From: a virus | Length of the DNA: 64,000 bases | Reading direction: 5' to 3' (one strand) | IMG/VR virus record: IMGVR_UViG_3300034356_001764 | Coordinates: 1-64,000 of that record | Shown: positions 45,017-53,780 of the stretch, in pieces | Layout: every line of letters starts with the position of its first letter | How positions within the stretch are numbered: position 1 is the stretch's first letter | The notes under the pieces: generated by a model | Databases searched by the model: none | The model's input: only the letters and a program-made list of their open reading frames with translations | What the model was told of the DNA's origin: nothing | Translations under genes and position numbers: made by a program

Positions 45017-46711
45017 TTATAATTGTCCACCTGGACGTGGACCTGGTCTAAAACCTCTTGGAGGTAGTGGAGGAAATATAATTGGAACAATACATTCTGT
45101 TTCACATGTAAAGTTATCAAATTCACAAACACCACATGCAGTTAACCATTCAGTAGTAACATCATTAAACTCAGACAGACCAGTATTATCTGTTGCAACA
45201 ACTTGCAATAAGTATTGATCATTATCAAATGTACTTGATGGGTTGTTGAAACGTGGAACACTATGTTGTAAACATGATTGGAAGTACAAACCATTACGGT
45301 TAATTGAAGCAATGATTTGGTTTCCTTGAGTAATTTCACGGATACGTAAATCAGAATGTAAGAAGTTTTGTCTGTATGCTTCTGACAATGTTAAGTCACG
45401 TACAATTGTTTCACCAAGTCCATTAGCTTGAGTACCTAAACACTCATGAACTACACAAATTCCATCAAATGTACATGGATCACCATTTAAGTCAACCTCT
45501 GATGCATAAAGTTTAACTGGTTCAACTTCATAGAAGTCAGTTAATTGGAATGTACAATCACCAAACTTAGTATCAACATAAGCACCATTTAATATCATAC
45601 CTGCACATGCACCATCAATATATCCTGGAGATACATAGTTATCCCAAGTATCACCACCTAAAGCAACTAAGTCAGCAGCAGAAGTTCCTGGAGCATACCA
45701 AAGAACACCAGTCTGATCTTGTACAATAATTTGTACAAAAGGATTTACTACTGGGTAACGTAAGATTGCATCAGCCCATTTGATAAATACTTCAGTTGAG
45801 TCAACCGGAGTTGGTGCAATTGAACCTTCTGGACAACATCCTGTATATGCATCAGCAATATAGTATGCATTGTGATTCAAGTAACGTAAAGCAGGAGAAC
45901 CTTTGATATCAATACGTAATGAGTAAGTCTCACCACATAAGAATTCTTTACAACATGAAACACCACCTGAACCTGTAATTGGATCTACATTAGCTGTAGT
46001 AACGTCAGTTACAGTAATTTCTGCAAGACCATCACCACCACCTGTAAGAGTAATTACATCAGCAGGAGGAATACCAGAACCATCACTATATCCTTTTCCA
46101 GGATTAATAATTGTAACAGATGTAACTGCGCCACCCACTCCAGTGCCACTTATTTGAACTACAATTCCAATACCAGCTCCTGTAGTAGTTGTTGCTGTAA
46201 TAACTTCACCTAATACATATCCAGAACCATCATTAGCAGGAACTACAGCAGCAGCAAGTACACCACCACCTGCAGTCCAGAATGTAGAACCAACATGAAG
46301 TACTTCATTTTGAGGTTCACATGGATCTACTGTGTAGAAACGTGATACATACTTAGGATTGATCATCTTAGACTTGTTAGTCTCAGTGTATCCACCATGG
46401 AAAGGACCAATTTTGTCATTAGTATAAATTGCAGAACCTGCAAGTATTACATTACAACAATTGTCAGGAATAACTGACAAGTTAGTTTTTGGATTAAAAT
46501 ATCCAATATACCCACTGTAGAAAGCACCAAAAATATTTTCTGCTTGAGCAGATAATGAATTTAATGCATAAGTTGGTAAACCAGTAGTAGTTAAAAATCC
46601 ATCAACTGTAACTGCTGGAGCAACTGTGCCATCAAGCAAAGTTACAGTTGTTGTTAAAGACTCTCCTGTTGCAAGGAATGTCTTTCTAAACGCGTGATTA
46701 AAATAAGCCAT
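45017..46711 (-). CDS. Putative auxiliary capsid / major structural protein (crAss gene 74-like)
   Basis: CGETYSLRIDIKGSPALR motif; has its own upstream promoter motif and downstream terminator; GSGY...NPGKGY beta insert. Confidence 0.55.
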   Translation of the reverse strand: MAYFNHAFRKTFLATGESLTTTVTLLDGTVAPAVTVDGFLTTTGLPTYALNSLSAQAENIFGAFYSGYIGYFNPKTNLSVIPDNCCNVILAGSAIYTNDKIGPFHGGYTETNKSKMINPKYVSRFYTVDPCEPQNEVLHVGSTFWTAGGGVLAAAVVPANDGSGYVLGEVITATTTTGAGIGIVVQISGTGVGGAVTSVTIINPGKGYSDGSGIPPADVITLTGGGDGLAEITVTDVTTANVDPITGSGGVSCCKEFLCGETYSLRIDIKGSPALRYLNHNAYYIADAYTGCCPEGSIAPTPVDSTEVFIKWADAILRYPVVNPFVQIIVQDQTGVLWYAPGTSAADLVALGGDTWDNYVSPGYIDGACAGMILNGAYVDTKFGDCTFQLTDFYEVEPVKLYASEVDLNGDPCTFDGICVVHECLGTQANGLGETIVRDLTLSEAYRQNFLHSDLRIREITQGNQIIASINRNGLYFQSCLQHSVPRFNNPSSTFDNDQYLLQVVATDNTGLSEFNDVTTEWLTACGVCEFDNFTCETECIVPIIFPPLPPRGFRPGPRPGGQL

Positions 46712-46741
46712 TTTTTCTTTTTTTTAATTTATAAACAATAC

Positions 46742-46754
46742 TATAATATAATAA
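46742..46754 (-). promoter_or_regulatory. Putative late promoter motif variant TTATTATATTATA
   Basis: Shares the TATATTATA core with 42282 and 55073; TTTG upstream at 46771-46774. Confidence 0.4.
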
Positions 46755-46774
46755 AACTTTTTGAAACTTCCAAA

Positions 46775-47287
46775 TTATTTTAAGAAAAGTAATTTGTATT
46801 TTGTAGAATTAATAGAATCTTTTATAAGATCTAAATTATTTACTATTTCTGAGTATGGCATTTTACCTTGTAGTTTAGTTACCATAGCATAGATATCTCT
46901 TAGGTAAGCAACACCATCTGCAACTGTGTCAAGTGTTCTTGGTGCTACATCTTTACACTGAAGTATTTTTTCAGATACTCCTTGGTAACCTTCCATAAGA
47001 GTATCTACAAAATCAGGTAATACATCATAAAATTTATTAAGAGCTTTATGAGCAGCATATGATCCTTCTCCTGTTACTTTAAGGTGTAATTTATGAAAAC
47101 TATTTCTTGCATTCATTAATTCCATTGCACAAGCTGCTACCATTGTATCTAAAGAACTTCCACCAACTCCTGAATCTGGAGTAGGTTCAGGTTTAGCTGG
47201 TTCTGACTTAGGCACTATTGGTAATGATTGAGGTCTACTAATATTTGCTGACTCAGGATTTCTTTTTAACATTCTAGGTTTTTCCAT
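46775..47287 (-). CDS. Ferritin/Dps-like protein (DUF5856-like)
   Basis: HKLHL...SYAAHKALNKFYD...D.LMEGYQG...KYKLLFL four-helix-bundle signature. Confidence 0.75.
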   Translation of the reverse strand: MEKPRMLKRNPESANISRPQSLPIVPKSEPAKPEPTPDSGVGGSSLDTMVAACAMELMNARNSFHKLHLKVTGEGSYAAHKALNKFYDVLPDFVDTLMEGYQGVSEKILQCKDVAPRTLDTVADGVAYLRDIYAMVTKLQGKMPYSEIVNNLDLIKDSINSTKYKLLFLK

Positions 47288-47292
47288 TATTT

Positions 47293-47991
47293 TTAGTTGT
47301 TACGTTCAGCAGTTTCTGTTCCTCTAGAAAATTGGTTTCCTGATTCAATATCTCCGGCCAGAATAGCCACAGCCTCATCAATTATTACTTCAATTATATC
47401 ATCTTTAAATTCACAGTTTACTTCTACAGTAGAAGCAAGTCCAGTATATGGATCTACACAACCTTGTACTTGAATTTTAATTGGCTGTCTATAGTAAATA
47501 AGATCAGCTGTTCCAACTTCAAAATCTCCATTAGTGTAGATGTTTACTCCATTGCCTTTTAATGTTGCAAAAGTTTCTGCCCATTCAAAGTTAGGCTGCT
47601 TTGCTTTATCTCTAAGAAGCTGATTAAGATTTCCCTCTTCTGCTAAGTATACAGTCATACGTCTTTTATCACAACAACCTTTTTTAGCAAAAACATCAAC
47701 TCTCTTCCATTGTAAATAGTCTGCTGGTATATTCCCCCGGAAATAATACTCCTTATTGATCAAGCCTAAACCATTAGTAACAAGTAATACTTGGAGATCA
47801 TCCTTTCTTCTTGTAGACTGTTCATCACCCTCTCTCACAGGATTAATCCCATGAAGCTGTCTTCTAGCCCACTCTACCTGAGCTTTATTAAAGGACTCAA
47901 CAATTTGCCAGCATTCTATGTTGTCATAGTCTTGACTGTCAAGCTTATTAAGCCTTTGCTTCATCTTAACGGTTATAACACTGTTATTCAT
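47293..47991 (-). CDS. Head-tail ring/adaptor protein (crAss gene 73-like)
   Basis: LNKLDSQ...FNKAQ...RRKDDLQVLL...YYRQP...IIDEAV pattern; synteny. Confidence 0.65.
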   Translation of the reverse strand: MNNSVITVKMKQRLNKLDSQDYDNIECWQIVESFNKAQVEWARRQLHGINPVREGDEQSTRRKDDLQVLLVTNGLGLINKEYYFRGNIPADYLQWKRVDVFAKKGCCDKRRMTVYLAEEGNLNQLLRDKAKQPNFEWAETFATLKGNGVNIYTNGDFEVGTADLIYYRQPIKIQVQGCVDPYTGLASTVEVNCEFKDDIIEVIIDEAVAILAGDIESGNQFSRGTETAERNN

Positions 47992-47994
47992 ATC

Positions 47995-48219
47995 TTAGTT
48001 TCCTTTTCTTGCTTTAGCCATTGCTTTAAAAGTTTTGGCTAATGCTTTACGTTTTGGTGTACAAGTTGGTTTTGACATGGGAGTGCAAAAACCTTTATGT
48101 TTTGGATTAACAGCATCCTGTATCCAGTTCTTATCTTTTACAGCACCACCTTTTTTATACTGGTTTGTTCCACGGTTTGTCTTAATTATTTGACTAAGAC
48201 TAGTATCTCCAGTTGCCAT
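47995..48219 (-). CDS. Small basic protein (WIQ.A...KRKALAKTFKAM family), paralog 1
   Basis: Lys-rich; YKKGG motif; near-duplicate of 49348-49497. Confidence 0.7.
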   Translation of the reverse strand: MATGDTSLSQIIKTNRGTNQYKKGGAVKDKNWIQDAVNPKHKGFCTPMSKPTCTPKRKALAKTFKAMAKARKGN

Positions 48220-48221
48220 AA

Positions 48222-48566
48222 CTATTTCTTTTTAAGGGAACCGCCTAGTTTTTTAATAACTCCACGGCCTTTAAGAATATCAGCTTTAGTAACTTTACCA
48301 TCTTTGTTTAAATCTGGAAAACCACCTTTAGCCATTTTACGTGCCATTACACATCTTCCATTTTCATCTCTAACCATACCACCTTTACAAGAAGATTGTA
48401 CTGCACGGTTAGGAGCAAATGCTACTGACCCACCTTTTTTAAGCATGCGTCCTTCATCAGTACGTGGGTTATTACCATACTTAGGCATTCCAACAATTTC
48501 TGCTGATCCACCTTTTTGCATTTTCTTCATTTTTGTGGTACCCCCACATTGCATACATTTTGCCAT
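48222..48566 (-). CDS. Small basic protein with repeated xxxGG motifs and an EF-hand-like DLNKDGKVTKAD loop
   Basis: Six GG motifs in 114 aa; DxNxDGxxxxxD. Confidence 0.7.
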   Translation of the reverse strand: MAKCMQCGGTTKMKKMQKGGSAEIVGMPKYGNNPRTDEGRMLKKGGSVAFAPNRAVQSSCKGGMVRDENGRCVMARKMAKGGFPDLNKDGKVTKADILKGRGVIKKLGGSLKKK

Positions 48567-48578
48567 GATATATAGTTT

Positions 48579-49046
48579 TTAACAATTCCATTTTTTTAGT
48601 GAAAGAGCCTTTCTTGTAGGTCTTCCTTTTTCATCCTTCATAGGCCCAGGCATTCCTGACATTCTAGCACAGAAACTCTTACGTCTCTTAGCATCTTTGC
48701 TTCCAGCTTTAAGCTTTGAAGGTTTAGTAGTTACAGCTGTCTTAAGTTTACTACCAGGATTAGCTGCTCTATAGCTTGCTACACCTTTAGCATTAAGACC
48801 TCCTGTAGGATTCTTACCTTCTTTCCTTGTCCAAGCGGCTGTGCTTCCACCATTTTTCATGGCTTTACCTTTGTATGTAGATTGTCTATCAAAACCTGGA
48901 TCATTTTTTATTCCTCTAGATTGATATGAATTAGGGGGTGTATAATTAAAACCTGGATCATTTTTTTTTTGTTGTTTAAATGTTTTACCCATTTGATTTT
49001 TTAGTAACCAATCAATTTTTCTTGTCCAAGCTGCAGTCTTTGCCAT
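48579..49046 (-). CDS. Small basic phage protein (DUF6321-like)
   Basis: AWTRKEGKNPTGGLNAKG...RRKSFCARM...ALSLKKWNC. Confidence 0.65.
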   Translation of the reverse strand: MAKTAAWTRKIDWLLKNQMGKTFKQQKKNDPGFNYTPPNSYQSRGIKNDPGFDRQSTYKGKAMKNGGSTAAWTRKEGKNPTGGLNAKGVASYRAANPGSKLKTAVTTKPSKLKAGSKDAKRRKSFCARMSGMPGPMKDEKGRPTRKALSLKKWNC

Positions 49047-49060
49047 TATTCAATATTTTA

Positions 49061-49345
49061 TTATTGCTTCTCTTTAAGCTTTTTAACCCCAAAGTAAACT
49101 CCGGTTCCTGCAGCTCCTGCTCCAAGAATACCACCTACTACACCAGCACCTTTTTCTTTAAAGTTACTCCAAGCTCTAGCTCTCTTATTCTTTTTCTGGG
49201 CACGGTTAAAATTACATCCTCCGCGTTGCGCTTCAGGTAGTGAATTCATATTACCTATCATGGCTCCGTTACTAGCTTTCTTTAATTGAGCTTCTTTAAC
49301 ATTATTAAAATGTGTAAGCGGATTTACTTTCTTTACTGCTTTCAT
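49061..49345 (-). CDS. Small basic protein with C-terminal Gly/Ala-rich hydrophobic segment
   Basis: AQRGG motif; GAGVVGGILGAGAAGTGVYFGV. Confidence 0.65.
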   Translation of the reverse strand: MKAVKKVNPLTHFNNVKEAQLKKASNGAMIGNMNSLPEAQRGGCNFNRAQKKNKRARAWSNFKEKGAGVVGGILGAGAAGTGVYFGVKKLKEKQ

Positions 49346-49347
49346 AA

Positions 49348-49497
49348 TTATCTTTTTTTTGCCATTGCTTTAAAAGTTTTGGCTAATGCTTTACGCTTTG
49401 GTGTACAAGTAGGTTTAGACATTGGAGTACAGTAACCTTTGTGTTTAGGATTTACTGCTTTTTGAATCCATTTGTCATCCTTCTTTTTAGTTGCCAT
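49348..49497 (-). CDS. 49-aa basic protein, paralog 2 (not in ORF track)
   Basis: MATKKKDDKWIQKAVNPKHKGYCTPMSKPTCTPKRKALAKTFKAMAKKR fills the gap between its neighbours with 2-nt spacers. Confidence 0.8.
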   Translation of the reverse strand: MATKKKDDKWIQKAVNPKHKGYCTPMSKPTCTPKRKALAKTFKAMAKKR

Positions 49498-49499
49498 AA

Positions 49500-49838
49500 C
49501 TATACTTTTTTAACTCTTCTTCCCATACCTACTCTAGACTTCTCAGCTTTTTTAGCAATTAGTTTAGAAGGTGTAATTTCACTCTTTGTTTTAGGTGTAT
49601 CTTTAGATACTCTTCTTGTAGGCCGGCAGTATTCATTTTTACCACCGGCTCCACAAGCTTTACCTGATTTTGTATCTTGCCATTTTTCTGCTTGCCATCT
49701 TTTTAAGTTTGTTCCTTCTTTAGTCTTTCTTACTGTACCTGAACCTTTACGGCATTTGGCAATAGCCTGAGAAGCTCTAGCTGAAGGAAACACAGCATAC
49801 TGTGCTTTTACTTTACTATAACAAGCATCTTTAGGCAT
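49500..49838 (-). CDS. Small basic phage protein (DUF5872-like)
   Basis: DACYSKVK...FPSARASQAIAKCRK...LKRWQAEKWQD...YCRP...VSKDTPKT. Confidence 0.65.
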   Translation of the reverse strand: MPKDACYSKVKAQYAVFPSARASQAIAKCRKGSGTVRKTKEGTNLKRWQAEKWQDTKSGKACGAGGKNEYCRPTRRVSKDTPKTKSEITPSKLIAKKAEKSRVGMGRRVKKV

Positions 49839-49841
49839 AAT

Positions 49842-51014
49842 TTATTTCTTTTTCATTCTCATCATTCCACCCATTTTAGCTTTAGGTGTAGCTGTTTTAG
49901 GAGCTGCACTAGTACCACCAGTACGTCCTTTAGCAACATTAGATGCAGCAGCTTTTGGATTTACTCCAGACTTAACACCTTTTGATCCTGCAACAGTTTG
50001 TTTTTTAACTGTAGCATTAGGATTTACCATACCACCAGTCTTATAACCTAAAATAGTTTTAGCAGCTGATTTTACTCCATCATAAAAAGATCCTTTTTTT
50101 GTGTAATTAGGATATCTTTTTTCAATAGCATCATCAACTTTTTTTGCTCCTGATCCAATAGCTTTATATGCTTTGTATTCAGGAGTAGCTTTAACTGCTG
50201 CTTTAACTACCTTCTTAGTATTTTTAGCAGAGTCTGTTACACCTTTACTAACACCTTTTGCTACTTGCTTAACACCAGCTTTTACATCTGACATTGCTCC
50301 ACCTTTTTGCATTTTTAGACCAGAACCTTGTTTCTTTGCATAACGCATAGTTGCATTAGTTTCTCTTTTAGCTTGTCTTTTTTCTTTAGGTGTCATTGGT
50401 GCATCAGTCATTCTAGTTGAGAATGGTGTTGGTCCACCTTTTTGAGCCATCATTGGTCTTGCCATTGGTCTGTCCGGACCTGTCATTCTAATTTTACTAT
50501 CAATGTATCCTCTTGTTGAATTTTTTTTAATAGTTCCTTTTGTAGTTTTTACACCACCTTTTTGAAATTCACCAGGAGCACTAGAACCACTTGTTTTATC
50601 TTTAACAGCTTTTACTATGTCAGCTGCAGAACCTGCAGTTTTAGCTACATTGCCTGTAATAGTTGCTGCTTTTTCATAGGCAGTAGGTTCAGTACCAGCT
50701 TTAATACGGTCTGTCTTTGCAGTTATCTTTGCAAGCTTTTGATCTTGCTTTGCAGATTTTTTGATATCCTTAAAAGAAGCACCACCATCTTGGTATTTAG
50801 CTTTAGTAGTACCACCATATTTCATTTTACCTGATGCTTCCATTTTTGCTTTTTCTTCAGCAGCTTTTTTAGCTTTACGTCTATTTGAAATATTCTTTCC
50901 AATACCAGCAGCACCTGCAGCAGCAGCACTAATACCAGCAATGATTTGACTTGCTTTAGCACCTTTTGATCCTTTTACCTCAGACCCAGTCTGATATTTT
51001 TTCATTGTTTTCAT
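49842..51014 (-). CDS. Lys/Ala/Gly-rich basic protein (390 aa) punctuated by xQxGG motifs; candidate DNA-condensing core polyprotein
   Basis: Histone-H1-like composition; MKYGG, YQDGG, FQKGG, AQKGG, MQKGG, YKTGG, AKMGG. Confidence 0.7.
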   Translation of the reverse strand: MKTMKKYQTGSEVKGSKGAKASQIIAGISAAAAGAAGIGKNISNRRKAKKAAEEKAKMEASGKMKYGGTTKAKYQDGGASFKDIKKSAKQDQKLAKITAKTDRIKAGTEPTAYEKAATITGNVAKTAGSAADIVKAVKDKTSGSSAPGEFQKGGVKTTKGTIKKNSTRGYIDSKIRMTGPDRPMARPMMAQKGGPTPFSTRMTDAPMTPKEKRQAKRETNATMRYAKKQGSGLKMQKGGAMSDVKAGVKQVAKGVSKGVTDSAKNTKKVVKAAVKATPEYKAYKAIGSGAKKVDDAIEKRYPNYTKKGSFYDGVKSAAKTILGYKTGGMVNPNATVKKQTVAGSKGVKSGVNPKAAASNVAKGRTGGTSAAPKTATPKAKMGGMMRMKKK

Positions 51015-51026
51015 TTTATTTTAAAT

Positions 51027-52046
51027 TTAAGAGTTCCAATACTTTTCACAAGCAATGTTTAGATCCTTAAGAACATCCTCATTTAAAGGATTTTTTAAGT
51101 GCTCTATTACATCAGACACATTTCTTCCAAGCATTGCTCCAGTTTTTGTGTGATAGATATAACCATCTGCCTTACTTATAATATACTTAAAAAATACGGA
51201 ATCTCTAACAATTGATTTAATTTTTAATGTTTCCATATCTAAGTTTGTTGCATCAATGAAAGTTTTTGCTGCTCTTTCCTTGTTGCTTTCACCACCTTCT
51301 CCATTAATATATATATCCATGTTCTCATAGATAACATCATTTGGAGTTGATTTTCTATACTGTGTACTATTGATATCTACAACTTTTGCAATGTAGAATA
51401 ACTTAGTACTGTTTTTATCAAATAATTTCTGAAGTTCAGCTAATGCTTTGTTACGCATTTTCTTGTATTCAGTTCTTACCATTACTGTTTCCTCAGCTTT
51501 ATCTAAGTAAAACTTAGGCGGAACAGCTTTTGATCTTGCATCATCATAACTTTTTGAAACTATTGAAAACCCTCCGGCCTCAATTGCAAATAGTTTGATT
51601 CTATCATATGGATCAGCTGGATCTAAATAACTAGGCTCATTACCACATGATACACTTATTTTGTTCCAGAATTCAGCATTGTCAGGTTTTAATAACTTAA
51701 CTTTATTCCAAAATTGTGGATCTTCAATTTCAATTACATTTGCAGCTAACTCTTTCTCTAGCTCAATAATTGCTTCTCTTACTTGTCTTACTTTAGCTTC
51801 TTTATCTTCTGGATTTAAAAGTCTAATTTCTGGAGCAAATTCATTAAGACCTGTTACGTATCTTACTACTCCATTGTTTTCTAAACAAGCTAGTTGTTCA
51901 TTATGTGTTACTCCGTCAAACAGAGATAAACCATAAGATTCAAGACCCATGTTTGATGCATTAGCATCAAAGTAAGGACGGATGGCAATTGCAGTTTTCT
52001 TAACTGTTCCCTTGCCTGTTTCTACCATTGTGAATTGTGCTTCCAT
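51027..52046 (-). CDS. Conserved capsid-module protein (crAss gene 75-like)
   Basis: Directly downstream of MCP; YVTGLNE...N.EFW...LDP.DP motifs. Confidence 0.65.
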   Translation of the reverse strand: MEAQFTMVETGKGTVKKTAIAIRPYFDANASNMGLESYGLSLFDGVTHNEQLACLENNGVVRYVTGLNEFAPEIRLLNPEDKEAKVRQVREAIIELEKELAANVIEIEDPQFWNKVKLLKPDNAEFWNKISVSCGNEPSYLDPADPYDRIKLFAIEAGGFSIVSKSYDDARSKAVPPKFYLDKAEETVMVRTEYKKMRNKALAELQKLFDKNSTKLFYIAKVVDINSTQYRKSTPNDVIYENMDIYINGEGGESNKERAAKTFIDATNLDMETLKIKSIVRDSVFFKYIISKADGYIYHTKTGAMLGRNVSDVIEHLKNPLNEDVLKDLNIACEKYWNS

Positions 52047-52081
52047 TTTGTTGTTGGTTTTTTGTTGATTTTTAAAATTAG

Positions 52082-52123
52082 TAAAAAAAGGGGTAGATGC
52101 TGTGCAACCACCCCCGTTTTTTT
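52082..52123 (-). terminator. Intrinsic terminator after the MCP gene (possibly bidirectional)
   Basis: GGGGGTGG...CTACCCC-type stem flanked by A/T runs on both sides. Confidence 0.65.
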
Positions 52124-52134
52124 ATATAGTCTGG

Positions 52135-53751
52135 TTAGAATGATCCACCAGTAATTGGATTTCTCATGACAATCTTCAATACTTTAGTTGGATCTTTAAC
52201 CCAAATAGCTGGCATTGTTTGAGACATCATTACACGGTATCCATTGAATTGTCCAGAAGACTGGAATCCTTGAGAACGTCCCATATAATCCATAGTACCA
52301 TTCTGATACCACCACTTCAATTGATTATCCCAAGACAATTTCAACAAGAAGATGTTATCATTTGTGTTGTCTGTGATATCAAAGATAATGAATGAGTAAG
52401 AAGATAATGGGAAACCATCAATGATTGGGTTCTCAATATCATTTGTATGAATGTTGTCAAATGCAGGATTCAATACAAACTTCACGTTAGCCAAGAATGG
52501 AATAACATAAGAAGTGTAAGCAAATCCAAAATTCAAGTCCATACCTTTACCAGTGATAGCACCAATATCAGCAGCCTGAATCAAAAGACCTGAAGATACT
52601 GCTTCTCTTTTGATGGCTTCATTTACCATACGCATACCACCCATACCAGTTTGAACAACTAAGCTACGCTTAGGATCTGGACCTTGGAACTCAACCTTAC
52701 CATTGAAGAAGTTGTAGATTTCTCCACGGAACAAATCCAATGTAAAGTTATTCTTATTGTATACTCTTTTGAAAGAGTTATCCAATTGCTTCCAAAGACC
52801 CACTGACATTCTGATATCATCTGGTCCATCTTGCTTAACACGTCCACCGTGACCCCACATAAGGTAAGTCTCAATATCTGTAGCAATTTTAGACAAGTGA
52901 GCAGATTCCATATTTGTCAAGAATGATCTAGAAAGATCTCCATTGTCAAATGCTTTCTTCACTTTGTCTTTACCCATAACCTTCACCATGTCTTCCAAAG
53001 AAGTAACAGATGGATCAATGTTTTTGTCAAATGTTCTCCAGATCTCAGTTACTGGAACTGTACCATCTGCATTCATTCCACCTTTAATCATCAAGTCAGC
53101 ACGTGATGAGATAGAATAATGTACGTGAGCTTCTGCTCCTCCTACATAGTTGTAGAATTCACGGAAACCTGTTTTAGTGATGATGTCAGAGAATCTTTCA
53201 CCATATTCACCACGTGCAGAACCTTTACGGAAAACTTTAGTACCATTTGATAAGTACTTGTTCTCTAAGTATTTGTAGTTGTCATTGTTTACTAACTGAA
53301 CAGTATAGATATAGCCATCTCCAATTGGAAGGATATCTTCATCTGTAATGTACATCTCACAACCATTGTATTTGTCATATGTGATGATATCACCATGTCC
53401 AAACTCACGTCTGCTTAATTTGATGCGGAAAGTACTTCCATCAACACCTTTAAAAGTATTGTCTGGTTCAATATCCTCAATTACATAAGGAAGCTCATTA
53501 GAGACAGGTGTTTGCCACTTGTACTCTCCACGAGCATTATCAACCATTATTACATTCTTTCCACCGAAGCTAGACATTTGGTAAAGAGGCATTTCAACCT
53601 TCTGAGCCATAGCCCAAAGGTCCACTGGACCTAGATCCATTGGTTCTGCATCCTTCAACATGTTAACCAAGTGGTAGGAATCTACGTGTGAACTAGCATT
53701 GTAGTTGGTATCCCGTAGAAATATACCATTGTTTAAAACTGGAGTTGCCAT
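52135..53751 (-). CDS. Major capsid protein (crAss-like HK97 fold)
   Basis: 538 aa; third gene after TerL in the TerL-portal-gene77-MCP block; GEYKW, ETYLMWG, VGLWKQL, WVKDPTK motifs; followed by a terminator. Confidence 0.85.
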   Translation of the reverse strand: MATPVLNNGIFLRDTNYNASSHVDSYHLVNMLKDAEPMDLGPVDLWAMAQKVEMPLYQMSSFGGKNVIMVDNARGEYKWQTPVSNELPYVIEDIEPDNTFKGVDGSTFRIKLSRREFGHGDIITYDKYNGCEMYITDEDILPIGDGYIYTVQLVNNDNYKYLENKYLSNGTKVFRKGSARGEYGERFSDIITKTGFREFYNYVGGAEAHVHYSISSRADLMIKGGMNADGTVPVTEIWRTFDKNIDPSVTSLEDMVKVMGKDKVKKAFDNGDLSRSFLTNMESAHLSKIATDIETYLMWGHGGRVKQDGPDDIRMSVGLWKQLDNSFKRVYNKNNFTLDLFRGEIYNFFNGKVEFQGPDPKRSLVVQTGMGGMRMVNEAIKREAVSSGLLIQAADIGAITGKGMDLNFGFAYTSYVIPFLANVKFVLNPAFDNIHTNDIENPIIDGFPLSSYSFIIFDITDNTNDNIFLLKLSWDNQLKWWYQNGTMDYMGRSQGFQSSGQFNGYRVMMSQTMPAIWVKDPTKVLKIVMRNPITGGSF

Positions 53752-53780
53752 TTGTATTTATTTATTTAAATTGTTACTAA

